A DNA stretch of 64,000 nucleotides from Alphaproteobacteria bacterium (GTDB lineage: Bacteria > Pseudomonadota > Alphaproteobacteria > Rs-D84). Within the stretch, counting starts at the first letter, position 1, and each line of letters begins with the position of its first letter. Location: NCBI GenBank assembly GCA_017472065.1, contig JAFURB010000007.1:64626-128625 (forward strand), given 5' to 3'. Both the position numbers and the translations under genes were made by a program. Below, in pieces: positions 19,648 to 27,908 of this stretch. The notes below the pieces were generated by a model, which was not told the origin of the DNA, searched no databases, and was given only the letters and a program-made list of their open reading frames with translations.

Positions 19648-20010
19648 TTGGTAAATGTAAATAAAAGTTCTGAATTTGCGTTGGCGGTGGCAAACCTGGC
19701 GGCGGCGGCAATTGCAGCAAATCCGGCGTTGGATATGGAAACCGCGGTAAAGCAGGCACGTGAAATTTTACGTGGGGCATCTGTTACACCACAACAAATC
19801 GAAGATTCTATTCAGCCGGATAAAATTCAATGCCTGGAAGATGGCACATGGCACATTATGTTGCGTCGATATGTTAAACGGAAATTTAATTTAACCCCCG
19901 AACAATATCGGGCCAAGTGGGGGTTGCCGGTGGATTATCCATTTGTTGCGCCCGCATATGCACGAAAACGTTCAAGAATTGCAAAAAAAACAGGACTGGG
20001 GAAAAGATAG
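19648..20010 (+). CDS. Ros/MucR-family transcriptional regulator homologue (zinc ligands not conserved)
   Basis: 120 aa with a TTG start. The segment LTPEQYRAKWGLPVDYPFVAPAYARKRSRIAKKTGLG is a clear Ros/MucR signature. The C2H2 box reads CLEDG...LRRYVKRKF. Confidence 0.8.
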   Translation: MVNVNKSSEFALAVANLAAAAIAANPALDMETAVKQAREILRGASVTPQQIEDSIQPDKIQCLEDGTWHIMLRRYVKRKFNLTPEQYRAKWGLPVDYPFVAPAYARKRSRIAKKTGLGKR

Positions 20011-21861
20011 ATGTCAAAAAAATTTGAAAAAATTGTAAATACACCGCACAGGTTTTTTGGCGATGCGCGCAAAAAATTAGTTCGTGGCAAGTGGCCAAAA
20101 AGTACGGGCAAACGCGTTGGACGCAGTGGGAAAATTGCGTTTCATTCTTTGATGCAGTTTATTACATGGGCACTGAAATATGCGTTGCTGGATAATCATC
20201 TGACACGCAAACTGGAAGAGTTGTTGGCGAAAACAAAAAAGACTGACCGCAAAGGTAAAAAGAAACTGTGGCGCGCATTTATTAAAAAGAATCCTAATTT
20301 TATGGGGCATGTTGTTTACTATATGATGTTGGCGGCGACGGCGGCGGGTATTGATTTAAGCCGGGATGAATCAGTGATAAAAGAAACGGTTAAAGAGTGG
20401 ATTGCAGAACTAACAGATGATGATTCAGATGATGATAATACCATAGATATCATGGGTGTTAATGTAAATTCAAAAGTAAAAGATATTAATAATACAGTGC
20501 CACATTTGCGTGCCGTTTCAACAAATCAGTCGCAATCGGAATTTGTAAAGCAGGCAGCAAAAGAATACTGGGATGAAATTGCGGTGGCATTAACAGAACT
20601 GGAAACATATCGTGCAGCACCAAAATTGCACTCCGGGGAAAGGCGATATACAAACGGTTTGGGATGTACATGGCAATATTGGTATAACGACAATGGCGTT
20701 TTGTATAAAGAAAAAAATCTTAAAAATAATACCAAGGCTTTGAGCCCAGATGCAAATTATGAACAAGTGCGTCGCCATTTAATTGTTGAAACACTGCCTG
20801 CGCTGTATAACGCAATAAAACCGTATGATAATATTACACCGCAGATGCAAATTGCATTGTTAATGGCGGGCTATCAACGGCCTGCGGATATGAAGCATAT
20901 CGCAAAAAAATTGGCAGTGGCCACAACCGTGCAACAGGTCGCAGATGCGTTTGCAGATGTTTCAAGTGTGCCGTCTGAGTACCGTGATGGGACACGTGTT
21001 CGTCGATATACATGTGCACTGTATGCGATTGGCGCAATCAGTGCAGAACAAATGTTGGACTGGACACGGGATTCTTTTTCTATGATTAATGTTAATACGA
21101 TTTATAGAAATGGGCACTTTGTCATAAGTCAGCAAAATGTTGAATTTTTATTGGGACGCAGTCGGCCAAATACAAATACTGTGCGCGAATTTTTGAATGA
21201 TTTTAATACAGGGCGTAAGATTGTTGCCGAAATAAAAAAGTCTGATAAACTTTTTAAGTTTGATGAAAAAGAACAAGATTCAAATTATGAAAAATCTATG
21301 GCCGTGGTTAACAAGGCTGATAAAAAGTTTAAGCAGAAAAAGTATAAAGATGCAGAAAAATTGTATGTCGAAGCATTGACATTAAACCCTGATAATATGG
21401 AAGCATACAGTTCACTGGCATTAACATATAAAATGCTGGGGGATGAAAAAAAATCCGAAGAATATTATCAGAAATGTATTGATACAGTTGTAAAATGTAA
21501 CGAACGTATGAATTCAAACAAGTCTATGTTGCTGGACCGACGGGTTAAGGCAATGACATATTATAATGCAGGACTGGCACGCCAAGAAATGGGGCGTATG
21601 GCCCAGGAATCTGGGGATGTGTCAGCGGCCAAAGAACAATATCAATTGGCACAAAAGAATTTTAAGACCGCCAAAGATAATGCGGAAATGATAGATCTGG
21701 ATTCAGAGATAATTGATGTTTATGACAAGGCGATTGATGATGTAAAGAAAATGATGGATGCGTTAAAAAAGTTGTCGTTCAAGGCATCTGCGGCAAAGAT
21801 GAAAAAGAAATCAGCAGTTCTTGATGCTGCACGCGCCAAGGATGGCGAATATCGGGCATAA
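20011..21861 (+). CDS. large hypothetical protein with possible lysozyme-like central region and C-terminal TPR repeats
   Basis: 616 aa. The ATG abuts the preceding TAG (aga tag atg). TPR-like repeats are present (AEKLYVEALTLNPDNMEAYSSLALTYKMLGDEKKSEEYYQKCI). The central LTELETYR...RYTNGLGCTW is weakly reminiscent of the GH24 E...Y..G.T.G.G motif. Confidence 0.6.
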   Translation: MSKKFEKIVNTPHRFFGDARKKLVRGKWPKSTGKRVGRSGKIAFHSLMQFITWALKYALLDNHLTRKLEELLAKTKKTDRKGKKKLWRAFIKKNPNFMGHVVYYMMLAATAAGIDLSRDESVIKETVKEWIAELTDDDSDDDNTIDIMGVNVNSKVKDINNTVPHLRAVSTNQSQSEFVKQAAKEYWDEIAVALTELETYRAAPKLHSGERRYTNGLGCTWQYWYNDNGVLYKEKNLKNNTKALSPDANYEQVRRHLIVETLPALYNAIKPYDNITPQMQIALLMAGYQRPADMKHIAKKLAVATTVQQVADAFADVSSVPSEYRDGTRVRRYTCALYAIGAISAEQMLDWTRDSFSMINVNTIYRNGHFVISQQNVEFLLGRSRPNTNTVREFLNDFNTGRKIVAEIKKSDKLFKFDEKEQDSNYEKSMAVVNKADKKFKQKKYKDAEKLYVEALTLNPDNMEAYSSLALTYKMLGDEKKSEEYYQKCIDTVVKCNERMNSNKSMLLDRRVKAMTYYNAGLARQEMGRMAQESGDVSAAKEQYQLAQKNFKTAKDNAEMIDLDSEIIDVYDKAIDDVKKMMDALKKLSFKASAAKMKKKSAVLDAARAKDGEYRA

Positions 21862-21898
21862 AATCCAATATGATTAGGCACAGGGGGACCCTTATAAT

Positions 21899-23926
21899 AT
21901 GAAAGCATTTGTTGATATACATGATAAACGGTGGAAAAAGTATAAAATCGATATTGAAAAAATCGTATGTGAGATTGGGGGGGCAAAATACAGTGAATCA
22001 GAGGTGTCTATAATTTTGACCAATGATGCAGAAATTCATGCGCTGAACCGTGATTGGCGTGGTATCGACAAACCAACAAATGTGTTGTCTTTTGAACTGG
22101 GGGATGATGTGTTGCTGGGTGATATTTATATATCGATTGATACAGTTGAAAAAGAAGCAAACGCACAACAGAAAACTTTGATTAATCATGCGACACATAT
22201 GGTGGTGCATGGTGTTCTGCATTTAATGGGATACGATCATATTGATGATAAACAGGCAAAAATTATGGAAGGCAAAGAAGTGAAAATATTGGAAAAACTG
22301 GGAATAAATAACCCATATGAAACAGATGTAGATTGTGCATGTCAATGCAAAATGGGATGCCCCGGGGGTGGGATATTTTCATTGTTGAATAAATTCAAAA
22401 TACCTGTTGATTCGTTTTGGCAATATGCGCTGTACGCAGTGTTTGGTGCGTTTGCCGCATTTGGATTCGCGCCGTTTAATATGTGGTGGTGTACAATTTT
22501 GTGTTTTATGGGGGCATACTGGTTAACAGTGCGCGCAGATAAGCCGGTTGGTTTTTTACGCGCATTTGTGCGCGTGTCACCATTTGGGGCGATGTATGGA
22601 ATTTCTATGTTCTGGTGGGTGTTGAATTCTATTTATGTTGTGCCGGAATTGGCCACCCAATATGCAATTTGGACCGTGCCAGGATTAATTGGATTAGGGA
22701 TTGCGGGGGCGATAATATTTGGTGTGCCGTTTGCTTTTTTGCGTGTTACAAAAATTAGAACCGGGGCGCGTCCGTTCTTTTTCGCAGCGATTTGGACGAT
22801 TGTTTTATGGATGCGTGAATGGGTGTTTACAGGTTTCCCATGGAACCCGATTGCAAATATTACAATGGATTTTCCGATGCTTGCAAATTCAATGTCGTTA
22901 TGGGGGGCGTTGGGATTAACTTTTGTGGTTGTTGGTTTTTGTGGTGCATTTACAGAATTGTTATATGTGCGTCGTCGTGTGAATTTGGCGACATTGATGG
23001 TGTTTGTTGTGCTGGGACTGGTTGGGGTGTTTGTGGGCCATGAAAATATGATGCGTGGTGATGCGGGCGCAGAATTAAAGCCACAATTAATTCGCATCGT
23101 TCAGCCGGCGTTATCGCAATCGCAAAAGGCAACACATAATCGCGAGATGGCAATAAAAAATGCCGAAGAGAATTTGGGAAAATTGTTATTTATGGGGGTT
23201 GATGATGTTACCCCAGATTTGATTGTATATCCAGAAACAGCATATCCATTTGTTGTGGTAGATGGTGATAAAATGCCGTTGGGGGTGGCACTGGGGACAA
23301 ATGTTATTGTGGGGGCGACAACATATAATCCATCATTGGGATTGCAAAACTCATTAATCGTGTCTGATGAAAATGGCCGGATTTTAAGCGTATACAGCAA
23401 ATCTCATCTGGTGCCATTTGGGGAATATAGACCGTTGGGATTTTTGCCAGCACCGGCAAATTTAGCACCCGGTGACGGACCAGAATTGATAAGCCTGAAT
23501 ATAGCGGGACGCGATTTTGTGTTCGCGCCGGCGGTGTGTTATGAAATTATTTTTTCTGATTCGCTGACACCAAACGGGGCAGGGTTAAATCCAGATGCAA
23601 TTATAAATATCACAAATGATAATTGGTTTGGGGAAACACCCGGAACATATCAGCATCTGGATATGGTGCGCCGTTATGCGATTGAATCAGGTTTGCCAAT
23701 TATTCGCGCGAACTATTCAGGGATAAGTGCGTTTGTTGGTGCAGATGGTGTAATCATAGAAAGTATGCCAATCGGTGCATCGGGGCATATTGATGGTTTT
23801 GTGTGGGGGGCGCACATGACACCATATCGCGCAATTGGTATGAATTGGTGGTTTGTTATCATATTGGCATTTGCGTGTCTGTCATCAATTGCAATGACGG
23901 CAATTGATAAAGAAAGCAAAATGTGA
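21899..23926 (+). CDS. fused YbeY endoribonuclease / apolipoprotein N-acyltransferase (Lnt)
   Basis: 675-aa single ORF. Residues 1 to about 142 match YbeY (HMVVHGVLHLMGYDH zinc motif). The remainder is Lnt, with multiple TM segments and a CN-hydrolase domain containing VYPE, YSKSHLVPFGEY and the active-site Cys in APAVCYE. Confidence 0.85.
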   Translation: MKAFVDIHDKRWKKYKIDIEKIVCEIGGAKYSESEVSIILTNDAEIHALNRDWRGIDKPTNVLSFELGDDVLLGDIYISIDTVEKEANAQQKTLINHATHMVVHGVLHLMGYDHIDDKQAKIMEGKEVKILEKLGINNPYETDVDCACQCKMGCPGGGIFSLLNKFKIPVDSFWQYALYAVFGAFAAFGFAPFNMWWCTILCFMGAYWLTVRADKPVGFLRAFVRVSPFGAMYGISMFWWVLNSIYVVPELATQYAIWTVPGLIGLGIAGAIIFGVPFAFLRVTKIRTGARPFFFAAIWTIVLWMREWVFTGFPWNPIANITMDFPMLANSMSLWGALGLTFVVVGFCGAFTELLYVRRRVNLATLMVFVVLGLVGVFVGHENMMRGDAGAELKPQLIRIVQPALSQSQKATHNREMAIKNAEENLGKLLFMGVDDVTPDLIVYPETAYPFVVVDGDKMPLGVALGTNVIVGATTYNPSLGLQNSLIVSDENGRILSVYSKSHLVPFGEYRPLGFLPAPANLAPGDGPELISLNIAGRDFVFAPAVCYEIIFSDSLTPNGAGLNPDAIINITNDNWFGETPGTYQHLDMVRRYAIESGLPIIRANYSGISAFVGADGVIIESMPIGASGHIDGFVWGAHMTPYRAIGMNWWFVIILAFACLSSIAMTAIDKESKM

Positions 23927-23932
23927 TATAAT
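23904..23932 (+). promoter_or_regulatory. sigma70-like promoter (TTGATA-17-TATAAT)
   Basis: ttgata at 23904-23909, a 17-nt spacer, then tataat at 23927-23932. It lies directly after the lnt stop. Confidence 0.5.
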
Positions 23933-23938
23933 ACAGTT

Positions 23939-24127
23939 TGATATCAGATGTTGTGTCTGGTGTCGGGGGCGTAGAAACCCTTGAAATCGGTGCCTGGGGC
24001 TAAACCAGGTAGAAAAAAACTCCAACCCGTGGTTGGAGGGTGGCGATATATAAAAATAAGCCCGCTATACCGATTTATAGTTTCTAACCTCCAACCACTT
24101 GAAAAAAATTTCAGTGGTTTTTGTTTT
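23939..24127 (+). ncRNA. candidate structured RNA (sRNA or terminator-containing leader), copy 1 of a 2-member family
   Basis: A GAAACCC box lies at about 23974-23980. A perfect hairpin ctccaacc-cgt-ggttggag lies at 24020-24038. A second copy cctccaacc at 24088-24096 overlaps the 5' arm of a terminator (aaccact..agtggtt + T-run, 24093-24127). The layout matches 37309-37546. Confidence 0.4.
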
Positions 24128-24142
24128 GCAAATGGGGGGGAA

Positions 24143-25036
24143 ATGCGATTTGGTTTGTGTGTGTTTTGGTTGTTTATGTTTTGCTGTCCAGTGTGGGCAG
24201 AAGATGTCCAAATGGAAAAAGAATTGCTGATGGCAGATGTCGAGGGCATCGCAATTGAATTGCAGTCAGACTATGAAAATATAGTAAAAAAAATGCGAGT
24301 GATAGACCCAGAATATGTCGAGTTATTAGAAGATACTGTTGAAAATAATGAAGTAAAATTAATAAGGATGCGTTCTTATTTGGCGCAGTTGTCATACGAA
24401 TACTATAAAAATAAATTTTTATCAGATTTGAAAACGGCGGCAGGAAAAATGGGCCGTGAATTAAAATATGAAGATAATCCTTGGTATGAAGAGTATTGGT
24501 TATCAAGGGGAGAACTGGACGAAAAAAAGTGTTTCAAAGACGGATGGGAAATTTGTCATTGGCCAGATGGTTTTGTTGAGTATACGGTTAGAATACAAGA
24601 AACCTTGTTGTCTGATACCGAAAAGGGGATGTCGGACAAATTGTCTGGAAGTATTTTGTATGAAGAGAGAATTGTCTCATTTACAAAAGATGTTCCAGAA
24701 GAAAATAAAAGAATATCTTGCGATGTATCTTTACTCAATAATGCCAATCATGATAGTGATGGTTATACTGGTGAAAATTTAAGAATAGAGGTGATATGTG
24801 ATACATATAAGTATGATGAATATTATGCTTGGGTAAATCAAGAAGTGGAAGATACACTGGCTGGTAAATATGATATTGTGTCTGTTGAAAGGCAACCAAA
24901 GGGGGCGCCATTTGGGAAAAAGTTATATAGTGTTCGTTCAAATGAAAATCCCAAAGAGTGGAAGAGTAATACTTTGCCATCAGCAGAAATCAGTGGTCTT
25001 GATTTTGATATTTCAAGACATATATTTAGGAGATAA
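24143..25036 (+). CDS. secreted hypothetical protein
   Basis: The start is moved to MRFGLCVFWLFMFCCPVWA (a signal peptide) with a G-rich SD upstream. The 5' part of the tracked ORF (23981-24142) overlaps the RNA element and terminator. Confidence 0.6.
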   Translation: MRFGLCVFWLFMFCCPVWAEDVQMEKELLMADVEGIAIELQSDYENIVKKMRVIDPEYVELLEDTVENNEVKLIRMRSYLAQLSYEYYKNKFLSDLKTAAGKMGRELKYEDNPWYEEYWLSRGELDEKKCFKDGWEICHWPDGFVEYTVRIQETLLSDTEKGMSDKLSGSILYEERIVSFTKDVPEENKRISCDVSLLNNANHDSDGYTGENLRIEVICDTYKYDEYYAWVNQEVEDTLAGKYDIVSVERQPKGAPFGKKLYSVRSNENPKEWKSNTLPSAEISGLDFDISRHIFRR

Positions 25037-25039
25037 GGG

Positions 25040-25777
25040 GTGAAAAAAATAACCTTGTTTTTGATGGGTGTGTGTTTCCCATTTGCGGGGTTGGCTCAGG
25101 ATTGGTTTATGTTGTCGGAAATGGATAATCCTTATATTGGGGTGTACAATGAGGTTTCTGGAAGGGAATTTGTTGCCCTTTATGAAGAAATGTCTGTTTT
25201 GGAACAAAAATACGAAGCAGCCAAAGCCAAAGAACAATCGTTGGCGAATCGTATGTTGGGGGCGGCGGCAATGGGTGCGGGTGGTATAGGCGGGATGATG
25301 TTGGCGTCGGGCCTGGCAGAACAGAAGGCAGATAAAGACGCAGAAATGGATATGACCGCGTATTTAGCAACTTTCAAATGTGATTATGGTGCGGGTATGA
25401 ATATCCATGGTGGCCAAACAAATGTTGAATTGCCGGGGGCAAGCGAACTGGTGCCACTGTATGCGGAATATGTTATGTTGGCAAATGATTTGAAAAAACG
25501 CAAAGAGCAACTGGGGCTAAAACCCGGGATTGAATCAGAACCAATTTTGGATTCTGCGACAACGGGTTTGTATGATGATGTCGGTGTCGGAATTACATCT
25601 GGTGCGTATGCATCTTTGTCACGAGCATTGGCGGACCCCGATGGCGCAGATGCAAAAAAGTGGGCGGCGCAGGTAGAGACTACAAAACAAAAAACTAAAA
25701 CTGGTGTTGTGGTTGGTGGTGCGGGTGTGGCTGGTGGCGCGGTGGGAAATTTAATTATAAATCAGGATGAAAATTAA
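25040..25777 (+). CDS. secreted hypothetical protein with Gly/Ala-rich segments
   Basis: 245 aa with a GTG start and the signal peptide MKKITLFLMGVCFPFAGLA. Gly-rich hydrophobic stretches are present (GAAAMGAGGIGGMMLASG; VVVGGAGVAGGAVG). Confidence 0.6.
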   Translation: MKKITLFLMGVCFPFAGLAQDWFMLSEMDNPYIGVYNEVSGREFVALYEEMSVLEQKYEAAKAKEQSLANRMLGAAAMGAGGIGGMMLASGLAEQKADKDAEMDMTAYLATFKCDYGAGMNIHGGQTNVELPGASELVPLYAEYVMLANDLKKRKEQLGLKPGIESEPILDSATTGLYDDVGVGITSGAYASLSRALADPDGADAKKWAAQVETTKQKTKTGVVVGGAGVAGGAVGNLIINQDEN

Positions 25778-25998
25778 TCTTTCATAACTTGGTTCAAAAT
25801 CCAAACGCGGATGGCGGATGATAAATTTGTGTCTGGCGCGCGGTTGTTATCAATTTCACAAATTATCGATGCGACGGATACATCACGCGCAATGGCTATT
25901 TTTTTTAATACATCAATAAATTCTGGTTCCAGGGTGATGCTGGTTTGATGGCCGGATAAAGATACGGATATTTTTTTCATCTTAATATTTTCCTGCAA
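25774..25998 (-). CDS. ribbon-helix-helix (RHH_4-like) small protein
   Basis: 74 aa. ISVSLSGHQTSITLEPEFIDVLKKIAIARDVSVASIICEID...NLSSAIRVWIL matches the RHH_4 pattern as I remember it. An alternative start lies at 25980 (MKKISV). Confidence 0.65.
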   Translation of the reverse strand: MQENIKMKKISVSLSGHQTSITLEPEFIDVLKKIAIARDVSVASIICEIDNNRAPDTNLSSAIRVWILNQVMKD

Positions 25999-26422
25999 TC
26001 AAGCAATCGGTCATTGCGCGATATGGATCGTCGTATTTACGTAATACACGTAGTGATAAATTATCCAGCATATAGCACACGCCAAATGTATCAAATGCAA
26101 ATAAAAATAAATCGTTGCGACCAAATATTGTTTTGCCACTTGTCCCGGGCAGGGTCCCAAATTCTCGATTGATATCAATAACATTTGGAACCGGGGTTCG
26201 TGGGCCATTATCAAATTCGTTTGGTCCAAATATATATCCAGAATCCAAAGACAATCCACCCGTTGTTGCGTACAGTTCAATCATAAACATTGGTAAAATT
26301 GCCGCGCGAATATGTTGCAGAACCGAATTTGTATTTGTTATTTGTTGGGGTGTTGCGGCCGGTGCAAAATTTGCCCCACGGGATTTCATCGCAGATAAAA
26401 ATTCATCACGTGTCATTGTCAT
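25982..26422 (-). CDS. hypothetical protein, possibly SMI1/KNR4 (SUKH)-like
   Basis: 146 aa with weak resemblance to the SUKH immunity-type fold (LPMFMIELYATTGGLSLDSGYIFGPNEF...). It lies immediately downstream of the HNH-like ORF. Confidence 0.4.
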   Translation of the reverse strand: MTMTRDEFLSAMKSRGANFAPAATPQQITNTNSVLQHIRAAILPMFMIELYATTGGLSLDSGYIFGPNEFDNGPRTPVPNVIDINREFGTLPGTSGKTIFGRNDLFLFAFDTFGVCYMLDNLSLRVLRKYDDPYRAMTDCLIAGKY

Positions 26423-26435
26423 TTGTCATCCGTTT

Positions 26436-26939
26436 TTATTCACGCCCCGCCGCCAGTTGTGCCGCCATTTGGGCCAGTCTGTCTTCGGTTGCGTTGCCAC
26501 CATCGCCACCACCCGTCGTATGTGCCGGCAGGTATATTTTTTTTGCCGGATTTGGCAACCAAACACTGTTTGCGTCCGATTGCATTATTAGGAATTTATC
26601 AAGACGCAGGCTGTGTGGAAATGTCCAGCACATAAACAGGTTGTCAATTTCCATTTTGCCACCCCACATTAATGGGATGCGAAAACGAAATGATATATTC
26701 TGGGGGATGTTTTGCCCCATCAGCAGTCCCATAAACTCATCCTGGGATAAATTCATAAATGCTAATTCTTGGACAGAATCGGTCAGGTTTGATGCAAATT
26801 GATGGCACAATTCTTTATATTTCTTGAACCAATCTGGGGCCAGGGCGGTGGGGTGGGGTGTGTATTCCATGACCGGCATATCGTCCATTGACATGTCGGA
26901 CAGGATTTTTTCCGCCGTGCTTTCGTTTAATTGCATCAC
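26436..26939 (-). CDS. hypothetical protein with degenerate HNH-like box
   Basis: 167 aa. RFRIPLMWGGKMEIDNLFMCWTFPHS resembles the HNH core (H-x-x-P-L-x-x-G-G-x5-N-L-x3-C-x4-H), but the first His position is not His. Confidence 0.4.
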   Translation of the reverse strand: MMQLNESTAEKILSDMSMDDMPVMEYTPHPTALAPDWFKKYKELCHQFASNLTDSVQELAFMNLSQDEFMGLLMGQNIPQNISFRFRIPLMWGGKMEIDNLFMCWTFPHSLRLDKFLIMQSDANSVWLPNPAKKIYLPAHTTGGGDGGNATEDRLAQMAAQLAAGRE

Positions 26940-27865
26940 AGTTTCCCTATGTACTCTATAACTGTTGTTATGTATTCAGAATATGCTGTAAAGTTTTCAG
27001 CATCATCCGCATCCAATGGTGGATTGCGGTGTTCACTGATATATTTACGCAAATCTTCGACGGAATCAAATGTTAATATATCCGATTCGTTTGTGTTATC
27101 TGATGGGTTCAAAACAAATGCGTTCACATGTATTTCAATGCCGTCAAGGGTGTCGCTGAATAATTTTGTTAATTTGTTGACGCAACCACGCATGTCAGAT
27201 GTTGATGTTCCAACGGTTCCCATCCATAAAACCTCGTCAGTGCCGATTGCAAACAATGCCATCTTTTTGCCATTGATAAATGGTTCGGATTTAATAACAT
27301 ATCCGGCCATAGAAAAGATTTCACGAATTTCAGGCCAATCCTGTTTAGCGGGTGTTTGTGTTTTCTGGGGTACCGGCATGGTTGTTGCGGGCATCGGGGT
27401 AATAGCGGTTGTTGGTGCGGATTGTGCCGGGGCAAAAGTGTTTGCCGGTGCAATATTTAGTCGTGGTGGACGTGGCGGCATTGGGATCGCAGGCTTTTCC
27501 GGGACAGGTGCCGGTGTATGCGTGTCCGGTGTTGGGGTAATATTTATCTGGGATGCGTCGGTTGATTGTGTTGGCGCGTTATTTGTGGCCGACCGCTTTT
27601 GCGGGGCAGATATTTGTATGTTGCGCCGACGGGGACGGATTAACATATACAGTACGAACAATGTAATAAATGTTGCAGCAATAAATGAAAAATAGAACCA
27701 AAAACTGACCGGACTGCGTGTTGCCTGTTGTGTCGCCAGGTAATCCCAATGCGCGCCCGAAAACAGGTTGAATCCAAATCGCATGTTAAACCAAAAACAT
27801 GTCCCCAGTGTCGCAGCAAGCAGCCACAGCACCCCTAGTAAAATATTATCAATTTTCTTGTTCAT
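26936..27865 (-). CDS. membrane protein with two N-terminal TM helices, Pro-rich linker and C-terminal globular domain
   Basis: 309 aa with TM helices LLGVLWLLAATLGTCFWF and FWFYFSFIAATFITLFVLYMLI and a P/T/A-rich linker. There is a 4-nt overlap with the next gene. Confidence 0.55.
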   Translation of the reverse strand: MNKKIDNILLGVLWLLAATLGTCFWFNMRFGFNLFSGAHWDYLATQQATRSPVSFWFYFSFIAATFITLFVLYMLIRPRRRNIQISAPQKRSATNNAPTQSTDASQINITPTPDTHTPAPVPEKPAIPMPPRPPRLNIAPANTFAPAQSAPTTAITPMPATTMPVPQKTQTPAKQDWPEIREIFSMAGYVIKSEPFINGKKMALFAIGTDEVLWMGTVGTSTSDMRGCVNKLTKLFSDTLDGIEIHVNAFVLNPSDNTNESDILTFDSVEDLRKYISEHRNPPLDADDAENFTAYSEYITTVIEYIGKL

Positions 27866-27908
27866 TTGTTTTTTATTGTATCATATTTGTGATAAAGTAA
27901 AAAGTATT

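Noticed and set aside
23939-24127. The RNA element considered as SRP RNA, tmRNA, 6S RNA or RNase P RNA.
   Set aside because: I could not find the SRP domain IV motifs, a tRNA-like T-arm/ACCA end, or RNase P conserved regions. A second homologous copy at 37.3 kb also argues against a single-copy housekeeping RNA.
23981-24142. N-terminal 54 codons of the tracked ORF 23981-25036.
   Set aside because: This part overlaps a stable hairpin and an intrinsic terminator. It has no signal peptide, whereas the internal Met at 24143 is preceded by a G-rich SD and begins a clear signal peptide.
26931-27695. 254-aa plus-strand ORF (and 26290-26802, 26115-26591) opposite the 4-gene minus-strand operon.
   Set aside because: The minus-strand genes show start/stop coupling and recognisable domains (RHH, TM helices). 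The plus-strand frames are Gly/Ala/Val-rich mirror images of the Pro-rich linker.
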